A stretch of 64,000 nt of DNA, from assembly GCA_050633305.1 (NCBI GenBank), contig JBOEGF010000019.1, positions 1 through 64,000 on the forward strand. The letters are read 5' to 3'. Below, piece after piece: positions 33,552 to 42,773 of this stretch; within the stretch, counting starts at the first letter, position 1; the number at the start of each line of letters is the position of its first letter. Made by a program: the position numbers and the translations under genes. The notes under the pieces were generated by a model that was given only the letters and a program-made list of their open reading frames with translations, had not been told where the DNA came from and searched no databases. Origin of the DNA: Nannocystales bacterium (GTDB taxonomy: Bacteria; Myxococcota_A; Polyangia; Nannocystales; Nannocystaceae).

Positions 33552-36551
33552 TCAAGGCGCGCGCTCGCCGACCCGTTGCTCGAGCCGAGTTCGGAGCGCT
33601 TCGACAGCACCGCCCGAGGTCCCGTCGGTCAGCGCGAGCGCTTCGACGGCGAGGCCATGCGCGGCACTGGAGTCCGGCTCGGTCCGGGCGAGGGTCTCCA
33701 AAAGTTTCGCTCGCACGCGGGGGTCGCCTGTGCTTGCGCGGATCGCTCCGAGTTCGGGCTGGAGAAGACTATAGGCTTCACCGTCCCGCCTGGCCTGGAC
33801 GAGGAGATCGCTGGCGCGCTCGAGGCACTTCAGACGCTCTACGTACCCGGGGTCTGCGCTCAACAGTTCGGCGCACTCGACATGGGTGTCGAGCGCCTGC
33901 TGGGTCGCGCCGCGAGCTTCCAGCAGCTTGGCCGAGACGCCAGCGAGATGTCCCATACTCGTGGGGTCCTGCGCCAACTGGCTGCGTGCGTTGTCGAGAG
34001 CCGCTTGCGCATCATCGAGGCGCTCGCCTCGAATGTAGGCCAGGGCGAGACTGAGGGTTGTCATGCCCACAGCGGGGTGCTTCGGTGAAAAGGTCTTGCC
34101 GATGACCTCGCTCGCGGCCTCGAGCATCGCGATCGGGCGCTTGGTGTCGTCGAGGTTGCCAAGGGCGTCGGCCAGGTTCACCCGGACCAAGGCCGTCTTC
34201 AGACCGTCGGTGCCGTACGCGGTCTCGGAGAGGGTCAGAGCGCGCTCTTGGTGGGATAGGGCCTCTTCGGTCTTGCCCCGGCGTTGGAGGAGCGAGCCCA
34301 AGTTGCTCTCGAGGTTGATCTGGGATGCAGAGTCGTTGGTCCGCTGAATGCTCTGCATCTTGAGGGCCCGTCGCAAGCTCGCCTCAGCGCCGTCGAGGTC
34401 GCCTTGCGCCTGGTAGTTGGTGGAGAGCTTGTTGTCGATCTCGATGAGCCGCAGGTTGCTTGGCCCCATCGCTTCGATGTGGATCGCACGTGCACGCTGC
34501 AGCAACTCGATCGCTTCGGCGTGTTTCCCCGACTCCCGGAGAATGGTTGCCTTGTCCTCATAGGCGATTGCGACGTCGGGGTGCATCGGTCCGTACAAGG
34601 CCAGGGCAAGCTCGACCCGTTCCTCGGTCACCGGCGCTCGCTCCTGGGTGGGCGCGCCTTCGTGCATCATGACGGCCGCGAGGGTCGAGATCACGGCATA
34701 GCGCGGGTACTGGAGGGAACCGTCCGTTGCGGGCAGTTCGGTGAGGGCCGCGTCGGCTTCTCGGTGGGCGTCCTTGTACCGCCCGAGGTGTAAGTAGGTC
34801 CGGGCCTTGACCATGGCGATCATGTGGGCGGGGACCTCGGTGTTGGTCGCACGTTTTGCCTGCGTCTCGACGATCTCGAGCCAGCGAACCGCCTGCTCTT
34901 CATGGCGGAGCTGGGCGTGCGTCGGAGCGATCTGCTGCGCGGTGTTGATTGCGAGCATCTCCAGGCCGTTTGCCGTAGCGACAAAGTAGGCTTGTTCGCG
35001 GAGCTCGAGCGCGAGTTCCACGTTTCCGCGCTCGCCGACGATGTCCGCTCGTGCCAGCAGCGTACGTGCGAGGAGCGTTGGCTGACCGAGCCTGAGGGCG
35101 AGGCTCGAGGCTCGGGTCGCAAGGGCGTCGGACTCGAGGTACTTGCCCACGTTGATGTGCGCGGTCGCGGCCTCGAGGAGTGCCAGGACCTCCTGCTGCT
35201 CCGGCGTGAGATGTCCGTCCGTCGAGTCGAGGCATGTGTCTGGCGGTGGGAGGTTCGCGATGAGGGCCGGAGCTTTGCGTGTCACGTCGGGGTCCCCGTC
35301 GCGCAGCAGGTCAACCCGTGCATGAAAGCCGTCCCGCAACCGAGTCAGGCATGTGGCTGTCGCGGGCTCACCTTGCGGAGCCTCTCCTGCACCGCAGTAG
35401 GCGTCCCGCTGTGAGTCCCACGCGTTCGCGAACTGGTCGAGGTCCTGGACGATTTTTCGCGAAGACAGGCGGTCGAGCGCACCGAGTGCGCCCTTGACCT
35501 CGAGCTTGTTCTGGGCCGTCCATCCGATGTGCGGCTCGAGGTCACACGAGGACGGTGTGTCACGGGCCACGGCGACGAGGCCAGCGGTACCGACAAGTCC
35601 GAGCGAGAGGGCGACGACAGGCCATCGTCGCCGCGGCGTAGCCGTGAGGGCCTCGACCAGCGCGGTCATCGACTCGAAGCGCTGGCTCGGGTCGGTCGAG
35701 AGCCCCCGCTCGAGAGCCCAAAGAATGTGCTTGGGGACCCCCCGGGTGTTTCGGGGCCACGCGATCTTCGCGAGCGCGAGGGTGGCCAGGCGGGCGTGGG
35801 CATTCAAGGCGAGATACGGGCGCTTGCCGAACAGCCCCTCGAACAGCGTCGCGCAGAAGGAGTACTGGTCTGCGCGGGCATCGAGATCGAGTCCGAGGAG
35901 CTGCTCAGGAGCCATGAAGGCCGGCGTCCCGACCGCAGCTCCGGCCCGCGTGACCCGGTCTTCACTGTTGGAGACATCGCCGGAGGCCTCCGCACTCCGA
36001 GTACTTCCGTCGCGGATCGCCAGCCCGAAGTCGGCAACCTTCGCCTCACCCTCGCGGGTGACGAGGACATTCTCCGGTTTGAAGTCGCGGTGAATGATGT
36101 CTGCGCGGTGGGCCGCGGACAGTCCCGCTGCAGCGCCGAGGTAGAATTTCAGGACCTCCCGCCAGGGCCGAAGAGCTCCGCTCCCGAACCGCCTCTTCGC
36201 GGTGCCGCCATCAACGACTTCCATCGCGATGTACAGAAGGCCGTCGTGCTCACCGACGTCATAGATCTCCAAGACGTTGGGGTGGTGGAGGGCTGCTAGC
36301 GCCTTCGCCTCGCGGCGGTGACGAACGACCGTGGTCTCGCTCGCATCGAAACACAGCTTGAGGGCGAGTTCCCGATCCAGCTGGGGGTCGTACGCGAGGT
36401 AGACGATCCCCATGCCTCCACGTCCAAGGGTGCGTAGAACTCGGTAGCGGCCCGCCATGACCGGTGTCTGGGACGCTTGGTCCGTGCGGATGCCCGCGCC
36501 GAGCGTCGTGTCCCCGGTCCCCTCGGCGGGAACGGTACGCTGGTCGTTCAC
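33552..36551 (-). CDS. Ser/Thr protein kinase with TM segment and C-terminal TPR repeats
   Basis: LGRGGMG, ALK, HRDFKPEN, DFG, GTPAFMAPE; TM VVALSLGLVGTAGLVAVA; TPRs such as YGPMHPDVA. Start uncertain (36551-36566). Confidence 0.92.
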   Translation of the reverse strand: MNDQRTVPAEGTGDTTLGAGIRTDQASQTPVMAGRYRVLRTLGRGGMGIVYLAYDPQLDRELALKLCFDASETTVVRHRREAKALAALHHPNVLEIYDVGEHDGLLYIAMEVVDGGTAKRRFGSGALRPWREVLKFYLGAAAGLSAAHRADIIHRDFKPENVLVTREGEAKVADFGLAIRDGSTRSAEASGDVSNSEDRVTRAGAAVGTPAFMAPEQLLGLDLDARADQYSFCATLFEGLFGKRPYLALNAHARLATLALAKIAWPRNTRGVPKHILWALERGLSTDPSQRFESMTALVEALTATPRRRWPVVALSLGLVGTAGLVAVARDTPSSCDLEPHIGWTAQNKLEVKGALGALDRLSSRKIVQDLDQFANAWDSQRDAYCGAGEAPQGEPATATCLTRLRDGFHARVDLLRDGDPDVTRKAPALIANLPPPDTCLDSTDGHLTPEQQEVLALLEAATAHINVGKYLESDALATRASSLALRLGQPTLLARTLLARADIVGERGNVELALELREQAYFVATANGLEMLAINTAQQIAPTHAQLRHEEQAVRWLEIVETQAKRATNTEVPAHMIAMVKARTYLHLGRYKDAHREADAALTELPATDGSLQYPRYAVISTLAAVMMHEGAPTQERAPVTEERVELALALYGPMHPDVAIAYEDKATILRESGKHAEAIELLQRARAIHIEAMGPSNLRLIEIDNKLSTNYQAQGDLDGAEASLRRALKMQSIQRTNDSASQINLESNLGSLLQRRGKTEEALSHQERALTLSETAYGTDGLKTALVRVNLADALGNLDDTKRPIAMLEAASEVIGKTFSPKHPAVGMTTLSLALAYIRGERLDDAQAALDNARSQLAQDPTSMGHLAGVSAKLLEARGATQQALDTHVECAELLSADPGYVERLKCLERASDLLVQARRDGEAYSLLQPELGAIRASTGDPRVRAKLLETLARTEPDSSAAHGLAVEALALTDGTSGGAVEALRTRLEQRVGERAP

Positions 36552-36627
36552 ACCACCAGTGTACAAGGCGGCTCGAAGTCTCTCGGGAGCTACGCTCTCG
36601 GGGCCCGACCCCGGGTCCGGGGTCGTC

Positions 36628-37401
36628 CTAGACGACGCGGCGCATGACGATGGCCGAAATGTTGTCCGGCCCTCCGGCCTTGTTGGCCGTTTCGATCAGA
36701 CGACGAGATGCGTCGCGGACGTCACGTTGGCCGACGAGGGGGACGAGTTCTTCCAACGTGACGACGTCGCTGAGTCCGTCGCTACAGATGAGGATGTTGT
36801 CCCCCTTGTCGAGTTCGATCTCGCGAACATCGGCGTCGCTTTTTTCTTTGCCGTGGCCGAGGCACCGGCTGATGCGACCGCGGTAGGGATGGTTGGAAGC
36901 TTGCGCCGGCGTGAGCAGCCCTTGCTCGACGAGCTCTTGAACCATCGTGTGGTCGACGGTGATCTGCTCTCCGCCGTCGGCCCGCATTCGATACGCTCGG
37001 GAGTCCCCCGCGTGCGCGACCCAAAGGCGCTCGCGAATACCCAGGACGGCCACGCACGTGCATCCCATGCCGTGAGCGTTGGGGTTGTGGGCGGCGGTGT
37101 CGTCGATCGCTTGGCCTGCGCGCGCGAACGCCTCGTGCAGGAGGACTTCGGGGGCAGCCCGACCGAAGTTCTGGGCGATGAAGTCTCCGATGACCCCCAC
37201 GGCGAGTGCCGAGGCAACCTCGCCCGCGCTGTGACCGCCCATGCCGTCGCAGACGATCGACAGGTGGTAGCCCCGCCCGTCGTCCTCCTGAATCGCGATC
37301 GCGTCCTCGTTGTGGTCGCGTGCGATCCCCGTATCGCAGGCGCCGGACACCTGAATCTCGAACAGTCCTGGGATGTGCGAGCGCTTGAACAGCTTGTACA
37401 T
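36628..37401 (-). CDS. PP2C/Stp1-family Ser/Thr protein phosphatase
   Basis: RDHNEDA, VCDGMGGH, AHAGDSRAY, ICSDGL, GGPDNIS. Confidence 0.93.
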   Translation of the reverse strand: MYKLFKRSHIPGLFEIQVSGACDTGIARDHNEDAIAIQEDDGRGYHLSIVCDGMGGHSAGEVASALAVGVIGDFIAQNFGRAAPEVLLHEAFARAGQAIDDTAAHNPNAHGMGCTCVAVLGIRERLWVAHAGDSRAYRMRADGGEQITVDHTMVQELVEQGLLTPAQASNHPYRGRISRCLGHGKEKSDADVREIELDKGDNILICSDGLSDVVTLEELVPLVGQRDVRDASRRLIETANKAGGPDNISAIVMRRVV

Positions 37402-37491
37402 CGATCGGTCCCCACCGGAAGTATACGGGCTACGATCGGCCAGACGATCACCAAACGGCGACCAGGGACATCGACGACTAGGGACTCCACG

Positions 37492-37521
37492 AAAAAACCC
37501 CGAGGCCTGTCCTCGAGGTTT
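37492..37521 (-). terminator. Rho-independent terminator downstream of tRNA-Ala
   Basis: Minus strand reads aaacctcgagg-acagg-cctcgggg followed by T6. Confidence 0.7.
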
Positions 37522-37574
37522 CCCCGTTGGCCGAGCCTTCGAGGTTTCCCCCGGAGGCCTTGCCTCAAGATTTC
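37498..37574. repeat. Three degenerate 25-26 bp tandem units downstream of the tRNA
   Basis: ccccgaggcctgtcctcgaggtttc / cccgttggccgagccttcgaggtttc / ccccggaggccttgcctcaagatttc. Confidence 0.55.
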
Positions 37575-37578
37575 ACAG

Positions 37579-37651
37579 TGGAGCCGAGGGGGATCGAACC
37601 CCTGACCTGTGCATTGCGAACGCACCGCTCTCCCAGCTGAGCTACGGCCCC
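37579..37651 (-). tRNA. tRNA-Ala (anticodon CGC), 3' CCA not encoded
   Basis: Reverse complement GGGGCCGTAGCTCAGCTGGGAGAGCGGTGCGTTCGCAATGCACAGGTCAGGGGTTCGATCCCCCTCGGCTCCA folds as a cloverleaf with a G3:U70 pair and TTCGA T-loop; followed by CTG, not CCA. Confidence 0.96.
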
Positions 37652-37906
37652 GTTTTCGAGGCCGGAACGTATCCGAGCCCAACGGGGCGTGCAAGGCGGA
37701 TCGTCAGTCGTGCTCGGCCGGAATTACGGGCTGCGCGTCCGGCGGGGCTGGCTCGGCGCGCCGATTTCTGCGAAACCCGACCACGAGCCCCCACACTCCG
37801 TACGCGGTGATCACGGCGATGAGCGCCCAGATCGATCGGTCCTCGGGACGCGCAAGACGCTCGAGAAACTCGCGCACCGTTGGAGGCTACACGCAAAGGG
37901 ACATCG

Positions 37907-38662
37907 GTGGGGAAGGGGACCAACAAGGAACGACTCGACAAGCTGCTGGTGGCGCGGGAGCTGGTCGAGACGCGCACTCGTGCGCAAGCGCTCATCATGG
38001 CGGGCAAGGTTCGCGTCAAGGAGCAGACGGTCGACAAGCCGGGTACCGCGGTTCCGGTCGATGCCGAGATCACCGTCGTCGGCGAGTTGCACCCCTACGT
38101 GTCCCGAGGGGGCGTGAAGCTGGCCGGAGCGCTCGATGTGTTTTCGGAGCTGGACGTCTCGGGGCGGGTCGCGATGGACGTGGGGGCCTCGACGGGGGGA
38201 TTCACAGACTGCCTGCTGCAGCGGGGGGTCTCCAAGGTCTTTGCGATCGACGTGGGCTACGGTCAGCTGGCGTGGAGACTCGCCTCCGACGACCGTGTGG
38301 TGGTCCTCGACCGCCAAAACATCCGAAAGCTGAAGACCGAACAGATCCCAGAGCCCATCTCTCTGTTCGTCGCGGATTGCTCGTTTATCGCGTTGGCCAA
38401 GGTGTTGCCGCACCTGCCGCCCTTCCTGTCTGCGGGGGCGGATGCGGTCGTGCTGGTGAAGCCCCAGTTCGAGCTCGAACCGGGCCGAGTCGGCAAGGGG
38501 GGCATCGTTCGGGACGACGAGGCGCGGGCCGACGCGGTCGCCTCGGTGAAAGCAGCCGCACAGGCGTGCGGGTTCGAGTGCCGTGGCGAGGTGACATCCC
38601 CGATTTCCGGCCGCGATGGTAACGTGGAGTTTCTGCTCTGGCTCCGTTGGACGCCGTCATGA
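37907..38662 (+). CDS. tlyA: TlyA-family rRNA 2'-O-methyltransferase (S4 + FtsJ-like)
   Basis: ERLDKLLV, YVSRGGVKL, DVGASTGGFTDCLLQRG, LVKPQFE, SPISGRDGNVEF. GTG start after aaaggga. Confidence 0.93.
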   Translation: MGKGTNKERLDKLLVARELVETRTRAQALIMAGKVRVKEQTVDKPGTAVPVDAEITVVGELHPYVSRGGVKLAGALDVFSELDVSGRVAMDVGASTGGFTDCLLQRGVSKVFAIDVGYGQLAWRLASDDRVVVLDRQNIRKLKTEQIPEPISLFVADCSFIALAKVLPHLPPFLSAGADAVVLVKPQFELEPGRVGKGGIVRDDEARADAVASVKAAAQACGFECRGEVTSPISGRDGNVEFLLWLRWTPS

Positions 38663-38991
38663 CCGAACTGCAAGCTCCCAGCCTCAATGGAAAAGACCGC
38701 GCCTTTCTGCGGTCACTCGCCCACGACCTCAACCCCCTGGTGCAGGTCGGCATGGACGGGGTGAGCGAAGGCGTTCAAGAAGCCGTCGCGGTGGTGCTCG
38801 AGGAACACGAGCTGATCAAGATCCGCTTCGGCCAGAACTTCGAGGGGGACCGGAAGGAGGCCAGCGCAGCGCTGGCCCAAGCGGTCGGTGCCGACCTCAC
38901 CCAGGTGATCGGCCGCGTTGCCGTTCTGTATCGGCCCCGCGGCAAAGATCTGCCGACGCGACCGCAGATCAAGCTCCCGACCAAACGTTAG
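38659..38991 (+). CDS. yhbY: YhbY/CRM-domain RNA-binding protein
   Basis: RAFLRSLAHDLNPLVQVG, HELIKI, QVIGRVAVLYR; ATGA overlap with tlyA. Confidence 0.9.
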   Translation: MTELQAPSLNGKDRAFLRSLAHDLNPLVQVGMDGVSEGVQEAVAVVLEEHELIKIRFGQNFEGDRKEASAALAQAVGADLTQVIGRVAVLYRPRGKDLPTRPQIKLPTKR

Positions 38992-39063
38992 GCCCGTCGA
39001 ACAACGCTTCTCGGTGGTCGTTTGGGCCCGCGCCGTGGCGGGAGCCGGGCTATGCTTGGTGCG

Positions 39064-40866
39064 ATGATGCGCGCCACTTTGCTCGGTCTCGCGGCTTTGC
39101 TAACGCTCGGCTGCAGGCCCGGCATTGCGAGCCAGCCGGACCCGGCGGTTTGGGGCGCGCCCAGCCGCGGCGGCGCCAACAAGAAACGCGTACGCATCGA
39201 GCGCGCCAAGGCTGCCGTCGGGGAGCAGGCGCCCGTGCTCGCGATGCTGCAGGGCGAACTCGACCGCAACTTCGATCAGCTGCGTGGTGACGCGGTCGAG
39301 GAGCCGGCGTACTACCTGGGATACGAACTCACCGACCGGACCGAGCTGTGGATGGTGGCCGAAGGCGGCGCCATGCTCCGAGATCAGATCGACCGCGACC
39401 GGGCCGTCGATGTGGATGTGCGCGTGGGCTCGGAGAAGCTCGACAACAGCCACGCGGTCGATGGCGACTACGGGCCGGGCAACGGTCTAGGCTCGGGCCT
39501 CCCAGTGTCCCTTGGGGACGACAGTCTTTCGTTGGCGCAAGGGCTGTGGATCGATACCGACGCCCAGTATCAACAGGCCGTCGCTGCCTATCGCGAGGTG
39601 CTCAGCATGGAGCAGCTGCGCAGCGAGGGGGACGGCGAGGCTCACCCCGACTTCTCGCTCGGGGAGCCTCTGGAGCATGTCGAGCCAGAAGCTTCCCTCG
39701 ACCTGGTCGCGTTGCAGGACCAGTACCGGCCTATCTTGGCCGAAGTCTCCGGCGAGCTTGCCGGGGACGATGCGGTTCTTCAGAGCACCGTCTCCGTCTC
39801 TGCGGTCGTCGACAACACCTACCTCGTGGACAGCCACGGCAACCGTGTGCAGGCGGCGAGCACCCGTCTTCGGATCCTCTTCGGCGCGGTGGGTCAGGCT
39901 GACGACGGGATGATGCTTCAGCGGACTGCCTCGTTCGAAGCCCATCTTCCGGAGCAACTGCCTTCGGCTGAGACCCTCCGCGAGACCGCGACGCGGCTGC
40001 GCGACGAGTTGGTCGCGCTGCGAAAGGCCCCGATCGCCGACCCCTACACCGGCCCGGCGATTCTCGAAGGCCGGGCCGCCGGCGTCTTCTTCCACGAAAT
40101 CTTCGGCCATCGCCTCGAGGGACATCGCCAGAAGGATGACCTCGAAGGTCAGACCTTCACCGAGATGCTGGACCAGCCCGTGCTGCCCAAGTTCCTCGAT
40201 GTGATCGACGACCCCACCGTGTCGATGCTCGGGGGCATTCCCATGTCTGGGCACTACTTCGTCGACAACGAAGGTGTGAAGTCCCGGCGCTCGGTGCTGG
40301 TGGACCGGGGCAAGCTCAAGGGGTTCCTGCTGAGTCGCTCGTTGGTCTCTCCGTTCCGCAAGAGCAACGGCCACGGTCGGCGCGAGCCTGGCAACCAGGT
40401 CGTGGCGCGCCAGGGCAACCTCATCGTCAGCTCGCGACGCTCGATGAGCACCAGGGAGCTGCGCAAGGCGCTGATCGAAGAAGTCAAGCGCCAGAAGAAA
40501 CCCTACGGACTCGTCTTCAAGGACATCGAAGGGGGCTACACGATCACCGACCGCAGTGGGCCGCAGGCGTTCAAGGTGCAGCCGTTGATGGTCTACCGCG
40601 TCTACCCAGACGGGCGCCCCGACGAACTCGTTCGCGGCGTCGAGATCGTCGGCACCCCGCTCTCCGCGTTCGAGACCATTGTCGCGACCGACGACACCCC
40701 GGGAATCTTCAACGGGATGTGTGGCGCCGAGTCTGGATGGGTTCCGGTGAGCGCGGTCAGTCCATCGCTTCTGCTTCGAGGGATCGAGATCGAGCGGGCC
40801 GCCCACGACAGGGATCGGCCTCCGCTCCTCGACCCGCCGCCCCGTGCGATTCGGAGGTCCAAATGA
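39064..40866 (+). CDS. tldD: TldD-family metalloprotease with lipoprotein signal
   Basis: FFHEIFGHRLEG zinc motif, DNEG, SNGHGR, C-terminal GMCGAESGWVPVS; N-terminal LAALLTLGC. Confidence 0.85.
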   Translation: MMRATLLGLAALLTLGCRPGIASQPDPAVWGAPSRGGANKKRVRIERAKAAVGEQAPVLAMLQGELDRNFDQLRGDAVEEPAYYLGYELTDRTELWMVAEGGAMLRDQIDRDRAVDVDVRVGSEKLDNSHAVDGDYGPGNGLGSGLPVSLGDDSLSLAQGLWIDTDAQYQQAVAAYREVLSMEQLRSEGDGEAHPDFSLGEPLEHVEPEASLDLVALQDQYRPILAEVSGELAGDDAVLQSTVSVSAVVDNTYLVDSHGNRVQAASTRLRILFGAVGQADDGMMLQRTASFEAHLPEQLPSAETLRETATRLRDELVALRKAPIADPYTGPAILEGRAAGVFFHEIFGHRLEGHRQKDDLEGQTFTEMLDQPVLPKFLDVIDDPTVSMLGGIPMSGHYFVDNEGVKSRRSVLVDRGKLKGFLLSRSLVSPFRKSNGHGRREPGNQVVARQGNLIVSSRRSMSTRELRKALIEEVKRQKKPYGLVFKDIEGGYTITDRSGPQAFKVQPLMVYRVYPDGRPDELVRGVEIVGTPLSAFETIVATDDTPGIFNGMCGAESGWVPVSAVSPSLLLRGIEIERAAHDRDRPPLLDPPPRAIRRSK

Positions 40867-42662
40867 TGCTCTCGTCTCTGTTGCTTGCCGGTGGTCTCTT
40901 GTTCGCCGCTCCTGCTGATGTTCCCTCGGGGCCTCCCGCGGTGGCCGAGCCGGCGCCGGTGAGTCCGTGGTCGGTCGAAGCTGAAGCCGTTGCCTCAGAG
41001 CTGCGCCGCGGCGTGGCGGAGCTTCGCCTCGACGGTGCGCCCGCGCCGTACCGGGCCGAGGTTCGGTACGTCCGCGTCCGGTTGCTGTCGCTGGACGCAT
41101 CGTTCGGTGGCTTGATCACCGATGTTCTCGAGGCGCAATCCGCCGGCGTTGCTGAGCTTCGGGTCGGAACACCCGAGCGCGACAACGCGAACTATTTCGG
41201 TGGGGATGGGGGCATCTCGCGGGTCGAAGTTCCGCTCGAACCTGCGCCCGACTACTTGAGGCGCAAGGTTTGGCTGGCGCTCGACACCGCGTTCCGGGGC
41301 GCGACCCAGGGGTTTGCGCAGAAGGAGATCGCGCTCGAGCAGCTGGAGATCGATGGACTCCCAGCCGACTTCACGCCCCGGGCCGATGAGACCCCACAGA
41401 CCCGTGTCGATCCGCAGTGGGATGAGCAGGTGTTGCCCCGCGCGGAGCTGGGCGAGCTCGTCAAGACGATGAGCGCGGAGTTCAAGAAGTGGCCGTCCAT
41501 CGACAACGGCGACGTCTACGTGCAAGTCTTGCAGAGCCACGAGACGGTGGTCGACAGCGATGGCATGTCGACCGCGCGGGTGAAGACCCGTGTCGTGCTC
41601 GCTGTGGTCGCAGACACCAAGGCCGAGGATGGAATGCATCTCGACCATGGTCTGGCGATCCACCTTCAGGGGATGCCAACCGTGGACGATGCCTTGAAGG
41701 CCCAGGGCATGGCGCTGGTCGACCAGGTGCTGCGAGAGCTGGACGCACTCGCCAAGGCCCCGATGATCGACGAGGAGTACGACGGCCCGGTGTTGTTTCG
41801 GGGGGTCGCGGCGGCGCAAGTGCTCGCGAGTACCGTCGCCACCGAAGTCGCCGGGACGCCCGCCCCCATCGCCGATGGAGGCCGCCTGATGGACCTGGAG
41901 CCCACATGGCAGAAGCGCTACGGAAAAACGGTGATGCCTCCGTTCATCGAGCTGATCGATGACCCCGCAGCCGAGGGGTTCGGTCACTACGAACTCGACG
42001 CGGAGGGCCTACGGCCGCAACGACTCTCCCTGGTGAAGACCGGTGTCCTCGACCACCTCCTGATGACTCGGACGCCGAACCCGAAGGTTTCGGGCAGCAA
42101 TGGCCGCGCACGGATGAGTCCCTCCCTCGAGGTCGGTGCGACCATCTCCAACCTCACGCTGCAGGCCTCCCAGAGGAAGATGGCCGACGCGGCCATGGAG
42201 CGGGAGCTGTTGCGCCGCGCTCGAGAGGATGGCTACGAGGTCGCGTACGTCGTCGAGAGCCTGCGCGATGGTTCGTTGCTCGGGCCCGTGCTTCGCGACA
42301 GCGCATCCGCGTATGCGGGGACCGGGAAGATCACGTTGCCGTTGCCTGGGCGGGTCTATCGGTTAGAGGCGGGCGGAAAGAAGACCCTGATGCGCGGTGT
42401 TGTCCTGGCGCCGGCTTCGATGCGTGTCCTCCGGCGGATCCGCGCTGTCGGAAAGACACCCGTCACCGTTCCCATGAGAATCGCCGTGGGGCCCTACGGC
42501 GGCTTTGGTGCCGACATCGGAATCGACAGCGTCCTCAGTCAGACCGTCGATGTGCAGATCACAACGCCGGATCTTCTGCTCGACGGCCTGGAGCTGCTGG
42601 TCGAGCGCGGCGAGCATGAGCGCAAGCCAACACTCGTGCACCCGTTGCGGCGCGGCGAGTAG
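40863..42662 (+). CDS. TldE/PmbA-like non-catalytic partner with signal-like N-terminus
   Basis: YDGPVLF, IDDP, DAEG, SNGRAR; no HExxH; ATGA overlap with tldD; MMLSSLLLAGGLLFAAPA. Confidence 0.8.
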   Translation: MMLSSLLLAGGLLFAAPADVPSGPPAVAEPAPVSPWSVEAEAVASELRRGVAELRLDGAPAPYRAEVRYVRVRLLSLDASFGGLITDVLEAQSAGVAELRVGTPERDNANYFGGDGGISRVEVPLEPAPDYLRRKVWLALDTAFRGATQGFAQKEIALEQLEIDGLPADFTPRADETPQTRVDPQWDEQVLPRAELGELVKTMSAEFKKWPSIDNGDVYVQVLQSHETVVDSDGMSTARVKTRVVLAVVADTKAEDGMHLDHGLAIHLQGMPTVDDALKAQGMALVDQVLRELDALAKAPMIDEEYDGPVLFRGVAAAQVLASTVATEVAGTPAPIADGGRLMDLEPTWQKRYGKTVMPPFIELIDDPAAEGFGHYELDAEGLRPQRLSLVKTGVLDHLLMTRTPNPKVSGSNGRARMSPSLEVGATISNLTLQASQRKMADAAMERELLRRAREDGYEVAYVVESLRDGSLLGPVLRDSASAYAGTGKITLPLPGRVYRLEAGGKKTLMRGVVLAPASMRVLRRIRAVGKTPVTVPMRIAVGPYGGFGADIGIDSVLSQTVDVQITTPDLLLDGLELLVERGEHERKPTLVHPLRRGE

Positions 42663-42718
42663 CCTCTGTGCGGGGCCATCGGCCCCAGGACCTCGTCGCT
42701 ACGCGCTGATGCTCGCAA

Positions 42719-42752
42719 AAGAAGCGCCGCGTCCTGAGGCGCAGCGCTTCTT
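42719..42752. terminator. Hairpin between convergent genes (likely bidirectional terminator)
   Basis: aagaagcgc...gcgcttctt perfect 9-bp stem extended by a gcgtc/ggcgc inner stem. Confidence 0.6.
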
Positions 42753-42773
42753 CGCGGCTCGAGCTTGGTTGCG

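Noticed and set aside
33552..37401. PP2C plus TPR kinase as a novel system
   Set aside because: A common pairing in myxobacteria; nothing unusual seen in the catalytic motifs.
36560..37580. Integrative element at tRNA-Ala
   Set aside because: No integrase and no duplicated tRNA 3' end seen in the window; the neighbours are PP2C and kinase genes.
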